The notes under the pieces were generated by a model. It worked only from the letters and a program-made list of their open reading frames with translations, was not told where the DNA came from and searched no databases. A stretch of DNA of 51,153 nt from the NCBI RefSeq assembly GCF_001194135.2, contig NC_068983.1, positions 52,179,710 through 52,230,862 of the forward strand, given 5' to 3'. Every line of letters begins with the position of its first letter. The stretch's first letter is position 1. The DNA is from Octopus bimaculoides. Taxonomy: Eukaryota. The position numbers were made by a program, and so were the translations under genes. Shown here piece after piece: positions 1 through 11,470 of the stretch.

Positions 1-64
<64 letters not shown>
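1..64. repeat. (TAT)n microsatellite
   Basis: Perfect trinucleotide run at the window start. Confidence 0.98.
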
Positions 65-66
<2 letters not shown>

Positions 67-276
67 GGCGGTGAGCTGGCAGAGTCGTTATCACGCTGGA
101 CGAAATTCTTTGTGGTATTTTTGCCCGTCGCTAAGTTCTGCGTTCACATTCCACCAATATCAACTTTGCCCTTCATTCTGGGTTCGATAAATTAAGTACC
201 AATAACATTCTGGGTCGATGTAATCGACTAGCCCCCGCCCCAAAATTCCGAGCCTTGTGCCTATAATAGAAAGGAT
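64..276 (+). mobile_element. tRNA-derived SINE, family A
   Basis: Head TAAGGCGGTGAGCTGGCAGA, B-box-like GTTCACATTCC, body CCTTCATTCTGGGTTCGATAAATTAAGTACC, tail ending in ATT repeats. More than ten homologous copies occur in the window. Confidence 0.85.
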
Positions 277-286
277 TATTATTTAG

Positions 287-520
287 TCAGAATCGTTGCC
301 GCAGTGCTGCCCACTTCCACCTCTTTTATACGTATTGGCACTTGATCCACTGCTGCGGAAGTTGGAACAGCTAAAGGACATCCCTCTCGAACTGGGATAC
401 AGAAGGACAGTGTGAACATACGCAGAAGACGTTACCGTCATGTTATCGGACGCTTCCAAAGTTGAGACGGGTGGCACCATCCTAAAGTAATATGAGTTCG
501 TTACAGGGGATAAAATCAAA
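287..520 (+). pseudogene. L1/Tx1-type non-LTR reverse transcriptase fragment
   Basis: Manual translation ESLPQCCPLPPLLYVLALDPLLRKLEQL...TYAEDVTVML...YEFVTGDKI matches the RT motifs QGCPLSPLLY and YADD. Two in-frame stops. Confidence 0.8.
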
Positions 521-543
521 GCTATGATAGATTGGACAATTGC

Positions 544-855
544 TTTCTACTATGGGTCCGGGCCGACCAAAACCTCACGTGATTTGGTAGACGGATAGAA
601 AAAGAAGTCCGTCCTAGATATACATGTAATATATATATATGGAGGAAGGTGTCTTTGAGCCTGTTTTGGTCCGCCCAACCACCGCTTGATAACTAGTGCT
701 GGGGTGTTTACGTCCCCATACTCTAGCAGCTTGACTAAAGAGATCGATTGAATAAGTACGAGGCTTCGAAATATAATGGATTCGATACATTCGACTAAAA
801 ACTTCAAAGTGGTGCCCCAACATGGCCAATAACTGAAAAAAGTAAAAATAAAAGA
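544..855 (+). mobile_element. SINE family B, 5'-truncated
   Basis: Homologous to the full copy at 48691-49096: body, internal (TA)n, and a degenerate version of the AAACAAGTAAAAGA tail. Confidence 0.75.
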
Positions 856-915
856 TATATGTGTGTATATATATATTTATATATATGTGTGTATATATAT
901 ATTTANNNNNNNNNN

Positions 916-1130
916 CGCGCAAATACACAAACACCATTATTATGATTGACCGTTGACTGAACACTTCAATTTTTTTTTCTCCGTGTTTTTCTCCTTGTCT
1001 CCGTATTCTTTCTGTTGAAGAGCGTAGCTCGAAACGTCAAAGACTTTCCGTATTCCCGAGCGTCATACTAATATATACTTTTGTTATTTACACCACCTGT
1101 CCTCGTCTGTTGTTATTATTTGTATATTCT

Positions 1131-1135
<5 letters not shown>
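916..1135 (+). repeat. Family E repeat (Penelope terminal-repeat-like) with a hammerhead-like motif
   Basis: Homologous to 38125-38335 (+) and 28095-28215 (-). Shared core TTTCTGTTGAAGAGCGTA(G)GCTCGAAA..AAAGACTTTC..CCCGAGCGTCA. Confidence 0.7.
1007..1043 (+). ncRNA. Minimal type-I hammerhead-like motif with non-canonical core
   Basis: Stem I UCUUU/AAAGA; core CUGUUGA-A; stem II GAGC/GCUC; GAAA; palindromic stem III ACGU; GUC cleavage triplet. Confidence 0.55.
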
Positions 1136-1167
<32 letters not shown>

Positions 1168-3242
1168 GCACACATAGTCCTCCTATACGTATACATATAT
1201 TCATGCACTTTCCACCCCTTTTGTTGTCAGATTTATATGATGCACTCCCAAGTATTTAGGTGCACTCAAAAAGGACTGCGATTTTAATGCATGTACCGCC
1301 TGGATTTGTACCTGTCTATGAGGAATCACTATGAACTTTCACACTCTGCATCATCCTTGTTTTGTACTAAAGTTATATCTTTGTATACTCTCTTCTCTAT
1401 ATGTCATAAATGATCTGATGTTTTGCAGCTATTTTTCACATTTATGATATTATATACTATGCACGTATATGCGCATATTTTAACGTGTGTGTGTGTGTGT
1501 GCGTTTATGAAAGTATAAGTATGTATGTTAAGTATATATGTACGATACATACATACATACATACATACATACATACATGCATACATATGAAGGTGGTAGA
1601 CAGATACATGGAAATATTTGTATACTTGTATTTACCAATTTCAATGCAACATGAAATAGTTATGCCAGTCATAATTCTGAAGTAGTTTATTGATTTTCCA
1701 GTGCATATCATATGATTTAATTTCAATTTGAAGTGTGCTTGCTAGTTTTTTAATTGTTTTTCGTTTTCAATAAATATTAACGGAGAAGACTAAAATAACA
1801 ACTTGCGTGATCCGCTCTAACTATAATGAATATTGCTATTGAGAAGGTCTTAAGCGCCGTCTGAGGTATTATCTGTAATAAGGATATTAATACAATAACA
1901 ATCCCAACAACTATCATGATAATCAAGTCAGTGTCGGAACCTCTATTTAATGGCATGACCTACTAGAAATAGCAGCTAAATCTGCAGTAAATCACATCTA
2001 TAGAAACAAAGGCGGAATATACATAACTGTATATAGTTCGAGCTATATCTGGAAAAAGCATGAACTTTTATAGTTGAAATGTTTTACGAAGAACGATGCA
2101 CAGATGGGGAACTTATTAACACCTATTCATTTAAAATTGGTTATGAGACAAGACACATGAGACGGAGCTAATATGAGAAGAGGCAAATTAAATAGGTGAG
2201 GGCATTAACTTGGATATAGACACCCAAATAAGAGATTTCAACCAGATTCCCAGAGCTAATATTTAAAATTAGCTGAATTTAAGAAGTTGATACATCTGGC
2301 ATCAATTTTATTATTTTGTTTTTGTTTTTGTTCCGTTTTGTTTTATTTTGTTTTGGTACATTTGCCGGTTATCTGTGTTTATTAGTTACTAGCAAGCAAC
2401 CAGATGTAAGGATTATAATATATGTGGTATTTTAAAATTTGGAATGCTAAACCGCAATCGTTAATAATAATAAAAAAAAAGAACAAGATACCAGTCCCAA
2501 GGGAACTGCCCATGCTACAGAACGAGTATCAATTTCAATTTTTGCTGTGGTTCTTATGCCATGGGATAATAACAACCAAGTATCTCAGTTATAGTAAATG
2601 TAATTTTATTTTCTCTTACCAAATTAATAAAACTTTGAAATAGAATCCTATTTTTAATAAACAGACATGTTGGATAGTCACAGACAATTTTTTGTGCCTC
2701 TATTATATAGCAATACATGCAGCTACACATCCTATTATGAGTTATAATTAATAGGATCGATCAGGCTGCAAGCAAGTAGAACCATTTTCGCGTCGGAGAA
2801 TATACTTATGTTGCATCATGAGTTCAAATCCAGCATTGCCGAAATTAACCTTGCCTTTCAACATTTTAAGTTTGATAAAATAATGTCCTCATTACGTTCT
2901 AGACATGATAAAAATCAACTTACCCTCCTATATCCGCTTACTATATATATATATATATATAAAGGGTTTTTATAGAGGAATATATTATAGAGGAATATAT
3001 TATTCAAAGGAATTCCAAATCTATCTGTTTTATTTATAGAATATATAATATATTCAGTAAAATGAAATGAAGTATTGATTGTCTTATTGAATAAATGAAA
3101 TATTGATTATTGAATATTAAATATTAAGTATTGAATATTAAGGGACTAGTATAATTTCGTACATTTTAGCAATCTTCAAGGTTCCACGCTGTGACTATAT
3201 CAATCCCTCCTATATCAGCCGTATACATAAATTTCAAACAAT

Positions 3243-4135
3243 TAAAGGCAACAATCTGGCAGAATCGTTAACGCATCGAACAAAATACTTATTAGTATTT
3301 CTTATAGATCGTTATGTTCCAAGTTCAAATGCTGCCGACGTTAAATTTGCATTTCATCTGCTCGGGGTTGATAAAGTAAGTACCAATTTGGCCCTGAGGT
3401 TAATGTAATCGACTTGCTTCTCTCCTAAATTTCTGACATTGTTCCTATATTGGTTTCAAATTTTGGCACAGAGTCAGCAGTTTTTTAAGTGAGAGGCGAG
3501 TCGAATGCATTGACCCTCAGTATTTGACTGGTACATTTTTGCTTTTCAGAAGAATGAAAAGCAAAGACGACCTCGCCAGAATGTGAACTCAGAACGTAAA
3601 GACGGACGAAATACTGGTAAGCATTTTGTCTGGCGTGCTCACGATTTTGACAGATCACCACCCTGGGCTTTTTCCTTTGATGTTTTCAAACTTTGGTTCA
3701 AGGCTGGCAATTTCGGAGAAGGGAGTAAGTCGATTGCATCTATTCCGGTGGTCAACTGGTACTTATTTTATCGACCCCGAAAAAACGAATTAAAAGGAGA
3801 CCCCGGAAGAATTTCAACTTAGAATGTAAAGAGGGATGAAATGCAGCTAGGTATTTTGCTCGCCTTGTTTACGATTCATTTCTTTATTGCCCACAAGTGG
3901 CTAAACATAGAGGGGACAAACAAGGACAGACAAAGGGATTAAGTCGATTACCTCGACCCCAGTGCGTAACTGGTACTTAATTTTTCGACCCCCTAAAGGA
4001 TGAAAGGTAAAGTCGACCTCGGCGGAATTTGAACTCTGAACGTAAAGAAAGACAAAATATCGCTAAGCGTTTCGTCCGGCGTGCTAGCAATTCTGCCAGC
4101 TCGCCGCCTTGTTAACGATTCTGCCATCTCGCTAT
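3243..4135. mobile_element. Cluster of four family-A SINEs (3243-3450 +; 3458-3650, 3682-3867 and 3877-4109 -)
   Basis: Each copy carries the family A head/body. The last ends in GCCAGCTCGCCGCCTT, the reverse complement of the head. Confidence 0.8.
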
Positions 4136-4639
4136 CCTGCGTCTTGTTTCTATATTAGAAACAAAAAAATAACCGATAGCCCTGATGCTGTTTCAAATGT
4201 TTACTGTATTTGTCGAATGTCTTCACACCTTATTATTGTAATTAAACCTTTGAGTACTACTGCAGATTTTGCGTAATAGTGTTTTACACTATTGGCTTAA
4301 AACATGACTTTTAGAAAAACAGAAAGTTAGTTGAGCTTTTTGTTTACAAATGTTTAGAATTACTGTCATCATGTTGCTCAAATATATCTAAAGTTTGTTG
4401 TCGATTTACTGTAAGCATTCCAGTTTATTTGTAAATCTGTGATTGTGCAGACAATGCAAAAATATTTGTCGACTTCATAATAATAAAGTCGATTAATAAT
4501 TAGTATAATAAACTAATTTATTTTCCGAATAATACAAGGATTTATTTATATGCTGTCAGGTAAGCAATTTCCACATCTTTAACTACAAGTCATTGCTTTC
4601 AGTGGAAATGCGAATATTTCTGTAAATATATGTCTGTTT

Positions 4640-5990
4640 AATTTCGTTCAGACCAGAGCAAAACTAACTGAGGCAAGATGCTACTGGAATATAAGTCCTG
4701 CAGTAATGACATGTTGAAAGAGAACAAAGAGTTACTTGTGACTGCTCGAATAAATTTAGTTTTAGAACTAAGGCTATTTGCTTTTTTGTTTCTTGTCTCT
4801 CTTATATGCGATGAGAAATGTGACACTTCAACTGCTGAGCTGCTCTTATTTAATATCAGAACTTGCGATAACATTTTGTAAACGTGTAACCATCAATCTT
4901 CAAAGGAAACAAGCTTTTCTCTCGGAGGAAGAACTCAGCTGCGCTTTTAGCTGCATAAAACTATTCATACCTTTTCCTTATGTTTAAGAGATCAAATATA
5001 TGCATCTTTCTCATCGATGGTACATCTGCGATGAAGTGTTTAGGTGATACAAAAAATATGGAAAATCCGATGTTCATGTTTTGTATATAGTTTGGTGTTT
5101 AGTAATGATTTCATATTCAAAGAGGCATCACAGAATGTTCCAAATTATTGTACAAATATTTGCAGAGTTTGATATGAACTTAGCTATGTTATCAGAAACG
5201 ATAATGGTTAACATGAATTGTAATGATGTTTGTTTGTTAGATTACATATCTACAGCACGTTGGCCAAGGGAGGTAGCATTTTCCACGTAGTGCTATGAAA
5301 AAATGTATTTTAGGGTAACACTCAGCTTAGGTGACAAAAAAAATTCCGTTCAGAGACACGCGAAATGCTTAAATATTTATTCCGAATAATATTTAAGGAG
5401 GAGGGTTTTGTAGGAGATTGCTTTTCTTAGGAATTTACTTCCACATACCTTCCGAATAATTGTCTGAAATTGCTGAAATTGGCTACACAGTACTTAATTC
5501 TTACTTGGAAACAAGAATTACATTGCAGTCTGATGTGTATCTGCATGGTATAATTGAACGAACTCATGCTATCGTCAATTAGCAATACTTTGTAATACTG
5601 AACTTAGTAGGGAAGCGTATTTCACAAAAAAATCAGCCATTGTGATTCATGTACTACAAAACTGCTAGGCAGAAACTTATACCACATGTGAAGGACAAGT
5701 GTTTTCTATTAATATTTTATCTGTCTTTAATAATAAATTTCAAAAATCTGGAATAAAAGAAACAGTTCCCAACTATATGTTTTGTAAGGAAGTGTTTTTG
5801 CTCAACTAAATCTCAAGCAAAGACATCAGAAGTGGTGGTGGTGAAGTGTGTGAATGTAGCATGAGTTGACTACATGAAGGTTTGACTTGTTCCCCTAACC
5901 TCATAGATTTTGAAAATATTAAACCTAAGTTATCCGAAATTAGAAGCAGATACATCAAACACGACTTCTAAAAATCACCAAAAATTGCGT
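4640..5990 (+). pseudogene. Decayed hAT (Charlie/Buster-like) transposase relic
   Basis: Colinear degenerate motifs across frameshifts: SLICDEKCDTSTAELLLFNIR (~QLDESTDVSxxAQLLxFVR), IDGTSAM (~TDGAPAM), HRMF (~HRQF), TARW (~EVRWLSRG), PNYMFCKEVF (~PTTYLCExGFS). No TIRs found. Confidence 0.55.
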
Positions 5991-6464
5991 AGATGCAAAA
6001 GAGAGAAGTATACAAAACCCATTTCAATGACCTTTCACCCCATCAATTTCTTTCAGCTGTGCGTTAATTCATTTAATAAAAGATAAAATATATTAATCAG
6101 TATCTCTTTTAGATACAAAACATCGTAGCTGCTACTAAAAAAAGAATAATGTTTTCGTATACCTGATTAGATTAAATCTCTTAATGATTTAGAACTAAGA
6201 AAAACTGCTAATTACATAAAGCACATAACGCCAAGAATATCTTAATAGCTTTTAAAACAGTGACACGTGCATCGAGTATCTGTGAAAACTTCAATTCAAA
6301 AACGACAGAAAACAAAACAAGCTTTTGAATTTTGAAGGATTTCAGTCACTTTGAAGATGGGTTTCATCTTGCTGAGACAAAACGAAACTTATATAGACGC
6401 TCACTGCCGCAGAGCGAACATAATAGTTTGCTGCTACACGACAGGAACTCAAAAACTCTTTTAA

Positions 6465-6656
6465 CCTTTTCGTTACCAACCCGGCTAAAACCACCTCCGG
6501 CTCTGTAGTACAAATGTCTTGTTTTCATAAGCTTTGAATTAAAACCTTCCATCAAACCTTAGTCACAGTTTATGTTCCTAATGCTAGCGTGATGTTATAT
6601 TTAAAATAATTGAAAGAAACACAGAGCATCTGAAAATAAATACTGTAACGAAAGGG
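6465..6656. mobile_element. piggyBac-type MITE, 192 bp
   Basis: TTAA at 6461-6464 and 6657-6660. 12-bp TIRs CCTTTTCGTTAC / GTAACGAAAGGG with one mismatch. Confidence 0.8.
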
Positions 6657-7420
6657 TTAATGTCAGCGAGGTTATTCCTAAGTTATATAATGCAACTAAA
6701 AAATTAAGGAACTACTGTGAATTATATTTGTCGTTCCATTATATAAATTATTACTTATATAATACTTTAGATATTACTCGCATTCCTGTAGGTTTCAGTA
6801 TATATGGTTCAAAGAATAGAAATAATGGTTTGTTTTATTACTGCTTAAACATTCTCATGAGTGGATTTTAGCTGATAAATATGTTTTGGAATATAAGACT
6901 TGAAATATAAAATGGATAGTAAAATAAATATATGTATGTATAATGCAAAGGTTCGTATAATACATATATAAGTATGTAGAAAATATACATATATAATAAC
7001 ACCAAACAATACCACCAGATCTATATAATACTGTACGTCAAAAGCTATAACATAGAGCAAATTAAAGAAATATGAATGAAGGGAATATGAGAAAGATTCG
7101 AGAGTACAACTTTTTACAGATCGAAACTTTGAATAAGATAACGTTGTAAATATGTAAATTGAATTGCCAAAACTTTTTAATCAATAGATCTTCCTATTGG
7201 CGACTGCAAAACCTTGCTGAAGGGGAGACATTACAGTAAAAGAGAAACAAGAGTAACAACAGCAAAGAGAGCCGGCGTTGATGTAATGAAAACTGACAAA
7301 AACATCGATATAATGAACAAGAAACTTAATAATATATGCAGAAGCTGGAGTAGTTACAAAAGAATGAGTATTCTTCTACACATAGGGGAATATCGGAACC
7401 CATGAAAAAAACGTCTACGA

Positions 7421-7482
<62 letters not shown>

Positions 7483-7591
7483 AATGTTAGAGGTAATACT
7501 TGACAATTGTAAGCACTTGTGTATACCAGCTCGTGGTCGGGGTGAATGAATAAATTATAAATGCAAAAATAAAAACAAAAAGACAAAGGAT

Positions 7592-7671
7592 TCTGCGGTA
7601 CACGTGTTTCAAGCGTTATAGTTGTTGCATCAGTGTATAATTGACAGTATAAAGCTATCTTCAGCCGCAAA
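7592..7671 (-). ncRNA. Type-I hammerhead ribozyme, left-arm copy
   Basis: Reverse-complement counterpart of 8191-8270, with one mismatch in stem II. Confidence 0.75.
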
Positions 7672-8190
7672 CATATTCTCTCCCAAGAATGATATCACAT
7701 AGACGTTAAAGGAGGAAGAAAGATGAGATATAAGAGGTGAGGTTCCGTTTGGTATTTTGTATTGCAATATACCTCGTAGGATTCTTAATTTGATATATTT
7801 ATACATAATTTCCTCGGTACTCCGGAATCCGTCCATAGCTTGCCATAATTCAGTGTGTAGTGAAGGCTAAGTAAACAATACTATTTTATATTAGTTAAGT
7901 AAACAATACTATTTTTTTTATATTGTTTTAACCACCAACTTATTCCCTCCTTTAACACTACCCTTCTAACTAATATAAAATAGTATTGTTTACTTAGCGT
8001 TCACTACACTGAATTGTGGCAAGGTATGGACGGATTCCGGAATACCGAGGAAATTATGTATAAATATATCAAATTAAGAATTCTACGAGGTATATTACAA
8101 TGCAAAATACCAAACGGAACCTCACCTCTTATATCTCATCTTTCTTCCTCCTTTAACGTCTATGTGATATAATTCTTGGGAGAGAATACA

Positions 8191-8270
8191 TTTGCGGCTG
8201 AAGATAGCTTTATACTGTCAATTATACACTGATATAACAATTATAAAGCTTGAAACACGTGTACCGCAGA
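8191..8270 (+). ncRNA. Type-I hammerhead ribozyme, right-arm copy
   Basis: Stem I UUUGCGG/CCGCAGA; core CUGAAGA; 9-bp stem II AGCUUUAUA/UAUAAAGCU; GAAA; palindromic stem III ACACGUGU; GUA cleavage triplet. Confidence 0.8.
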
Positions 8271-8642
8271 ATCCTTTGTATTTTTTGTTTTTATTTTTGC
8301 ATTTACAATTTATATATATNNNNNNNNNNNNNNNNNNNNNNNNNNNNNNNNNNNNNNNNNNNNNNNNNNNNNNNNNNNNNNNNNNNNNNNNNNNNNNNNN
8401 NNNNNNNNNNNNNNNNNNNNNNNNNNNNNNNNNNNNNNNNNNNNNNNNNNNNNNNNNNNNNNNNNNNNNNNNNNNNNNNNNNNNNNNNNNNNNNNNNNNN
8501 NNNNNNNNNNNNNNNNNNNNNNNNNNNNNNNNNNNNNNNNNNNNNNNNNNNNNNNNNNNNNNNNNNNNNNNNNNNNNNNNNNNNNNACAAGTATAGAAGA
8601 GGCAGCTGTTACGAAGTGACACCTGAAATAATAAATGATAAA

Positions 8643-8890
8643 TGCGCCCTTTTAAACCCTAGCCAGGCTCATGGGTCCGGTTTCCCGGTTTCGATGGCGT
8701 ATGTGTTCCCCAACTGGACGGGACGCCAGTCTATCGCAACGTTACTCATTTTTACCAGCTGAGTGGACTGGAGCAACGTGAAATGAAGTGTTTTGCTCAA
8801 GACCACAACGTGTCACCCAGTCCAGAAATCGAAACCACAATCTTTCGATCAAGATGCTGACATCCTAACCACTACGCCACGCGCCTCTAC
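8643..8890 (-). mobile_element. tRNA-derived SINE, family C
   Basis: Minus-strand head GGCGCGTGGCGTAGTGGTTAGG (A box) and GTTTCGATTTC (B box), body GTCTTGAGCAAAACACTTCATTTCACGTTGCTCCAGT. Homologous to 36035-36279. Confidence 0.8.
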
Positions 8891-9331
8891 GACACCTGAA
8901 TTACGGGAATGTTATTAAATCTTAATGTCTTGTCGACGCCAAAAGAATGAAAAGCAAAGACGTCCTCTCCAGAATTTGAACTCAGAATGTAAAGACAGAC
9001 GAAATACTGGTAACTCATCGAGTTCAAATCCCAGTGTGATCAATTTTAATTTTCATTCGTCCTAGGTCAAGAAATACGTGCAAGAATCCAGAGGAGTGGA
9101 TTGACGGAATTTATAATATACTGAACAATTTGCAGTAGTTGTTTCGGCTCATTGCCTTCTGAATTCAAGTTTTACTATGGGTGATTTGGAAGGTTGACTT
9201 AACTTATCACCCAGTCTAATACGACCAACTACCAGCTTGGATATATTTAGGGTCCTTGCAAACATTCGAACTAGGTTTTCGGTTTCAAGATAATATCTTC
9301 CTTCATTCTAATCAGTCTTGAAAGTAACTTG

Positions 9332-9544
9332 CTATGTGCTCTGCCTTCCCTCCTGAACAAAGTAAAAGAAAGATTGTATAAAAATAGTAACCGATTGATC
9401 GATCGTAATGAAAACTGAAAAGGAAATTAGATATTTTTTACGAGAAGTATCGACAGCAAACATCATCACGGTGAAGACGTGTGAAAACAAATGCAAACTC
9501 TGAGTATTACTGAGAAACTCTGTCGTCACATGCAGTAGTGCAAC
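9332..9544 (-). CDS. Weak candidate terminal exon (hydrophobic peptide), gene unknown
   Basis: Acceptor ataagttttgtag. Only one frame is open (VALLHVTTEFL...RQST*). Phase-compatible with 12642-12956. No family recognised. Confidence 0.2.
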   Translation of the reverse strand, partial: VALLHVTTEFLSNTQSLHLFSHVFTVMMFAVDTSRKKYLISFSVFITIDQSVTIFIQSFFYFVQEGRQST

Positions 9545-10516
9545 CTACAAAACTTATGGTTGAGAAAGTTATTTGACAAGTAAATATAAAAACTTGTAAT
9601 TTGTATTGATCAACTGAAAATCCAGAAAGAACAGCAGAATGGCTCATTGAGCAGAAAATCCTCTTAATTCATACAATTAGGGGGAAAAAAACTGCAAATC
9701 CAACAGACAAAACTATCAGCGTATAAAACCTTAAATTCAATTATTCCGTAGAGAATGAATTATCTAATGTAAAATAAACTCTCTACCTGAATAAAAGGAA
9801 GGATGCATCAAAAGTTATGTTTGTAACTATCAGTTACTGCTAAAAAAAAAAAATATTGGGTAGGAGAAAGGAGGGTAATAACATAAAAGAAATTGACTAA
9901 CAGAAGGCTTAAGAGTGAGCGCTTACTGTAGTTTCTGTAAATACTAGTCATAAGTAAGTTATCCCTAATCATAAGTGAATGTTTTAAATATGCCAGGAAG
10001 AAATGACAAAACATTCTACTGATATGCAGAGAGAAACAATTCTAACCAAAATAGAATGTTCCAAGGAACATGCATTCTTCTTTTACACCTTTTCATTTTC
10101 TATGCGAATGGATTTAGATACGACTGTTTTTGAAAGACAATCAACTGTATTTTTCTATGTTGGGAACCCCAAGCTTTACACATATGCATAAATATAGAGT
10201 AATGTCAGGTACTACATTAGTCTCATATGATATGTTGATGTGCACACAAATTATGTTAAGAGCAGAGAGGTATAAAAGATAAGATTTCATTCCACCTCCG
10301 TTGTGTTTGTCAAACACTATCATATAGATTATTACATAATAGAATTCACATAGAAGAGATAGCAAACTGGCTAAACGTTTACGTACGATAAAGTACAACT
10401 TACAGTGCGCGTGGAACAATGATTCGGTAAGTAAAAGACAGTAGTTTGAGCGTGTCAAATATTAATCTTTTCTACTCTAGGCACAAGGCCCGAAATTTTT
10501 GGGGAGGAGGCCATTC

Positions 10517-11084
10517 GGATCTTTTTTAAAACGGGGGCCACATTTTTCATTAACGAAACACTTTGAAACTTGGAACACTGGTAGAATGTGTCATATAAAA
10601 CATCTTTTCCTCTTAGTCTTCATTAAAAAAAAAGTAATCCCTAAGTTATTCCATGTTAAAGTTTTATTTCTGTAATTTCAACCAATCACTGACGTCCATT
10701 CAGCCGATATACATTAAGTGCCGACTACATAAACAAACGATTCTGAAACAATTCTATCGGTGATAGGGTTAGGGTTAGGGTTAGGGTTAGGGTAAAACAG
10801 CAAATTTAAAAAGCAAAAAGCAAAACGAAGCTATGGAAATTAAATACGCTTTACACCGCTTAATCAGCCAAAGGAGTAAATATAAACAACTGAATACTTG
10901 TCAGTGATTGGTTGAAATTATCGAAATAAGACAATTTTTTACATGAAATAAATTCGAATACAAAAATATTTTTCTGTTCTATAACACAAAATAGATAAGT
11001 ATACGAAGTTTGAAAGTGTTTCGGTACCAAAAACACTACGTAAAACATTAATGAAAAATGTGGCCCCCGTTTTAAAAAAGATCC
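10517..11084. mobile_element. 568-bp non-autonomous DNA transposon with 8-bp TSD (hAT/Merlin/P class unresolved)
   Basis: Perfect 37-bp TIRs GGATCTTTTTTAAAACGGGGGCCACATTTTTCATTAA. TSD GGCCATTC/GGCCAGTC. Two further internal inverted-repeat pairs. Confidence 0.9.
10764..10792 (+). repeat. Interstitial (TTAGGG)n telomere-type repeat at the MITE centre
   Basis: TAGGG followed by four TTAGGG units. Confidence 0.9.
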
Positions 11085-11285
11085 GGCCAGTCTATTAGAT
11101 CTACCCAAGTACACAACTGGTACTTAATTTATCGACCCCGAAGGGATGAAAGGCAAAGTTGACCTCGACGGAATTCGAACTCAGAACGTAAAGACAAACG
11201 AAATACCGCTAAGGATTTCGGCCGGCGTGCTACCGTTTCTGCCAGCTCGCCGCCTTGCGCGTCACTATATTAATGAAACAGAAGT

Positions 11286-11470
11286 GCAGTTCTATATTTC
11301 AGAGATGAGGAATTATGTACATTATTTAGATTTGATGGATATTTGTACTCATCTTGTTTGTTGCTAACACAACGTTTCGGCTGATGGAGGCTGGAGGGTA
11401 TATCAGCCGAAACGTTAACAACAAACAAGATGAGGACAAATATCCGTCAAATGTAAGTAATGTAAGTTAT
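11286..11470. mobile_element. Family D: two tail copies joined in inverted orientation at a hammerhead motif
   Basis: Arms ~11319-11385 and 11402-11463 are reverse complements. The tail ATCCGTCAAATGTAA.TAATGT..AATTCCTCATCTC..ATATAGAACTG also occurs at 46625-46689. Confidence 0.8.
11381..11416 (+). ncRNA. Degenerate hammerhead core of family D
   Basis: CUGAUGGA; stem II GGCUG/CAGCC; GAAA; ACGU; U. Stem I is disrupted in this copy. Confidence 0.55.

Larger units (their letters stand above)
7551..8312. repeat. Long inverted repeat: ~347-bp arms (7551-7897, 7967-8312), 69-bp spacer, one hammerhead per arm
   Basis: Arms are reverse complements with scattered substitutions. The right arm runs into (TA)n and a gap. 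Confidence 0.92.
10468..11256 (-). mobile_element. Family-A SINE interrupted by a MITE
   Basis: Tail at 10468-10516 and body/head at 11085-11256 rejoin into a continuous family A sequence once the insertion is removed. Confidence 0.88.

Noticed and set aside
10764-10792. Telomere or chromosome-fusion scar
   Set aside because: Only about five units, centred inside a TIR/TSD-bounded element.
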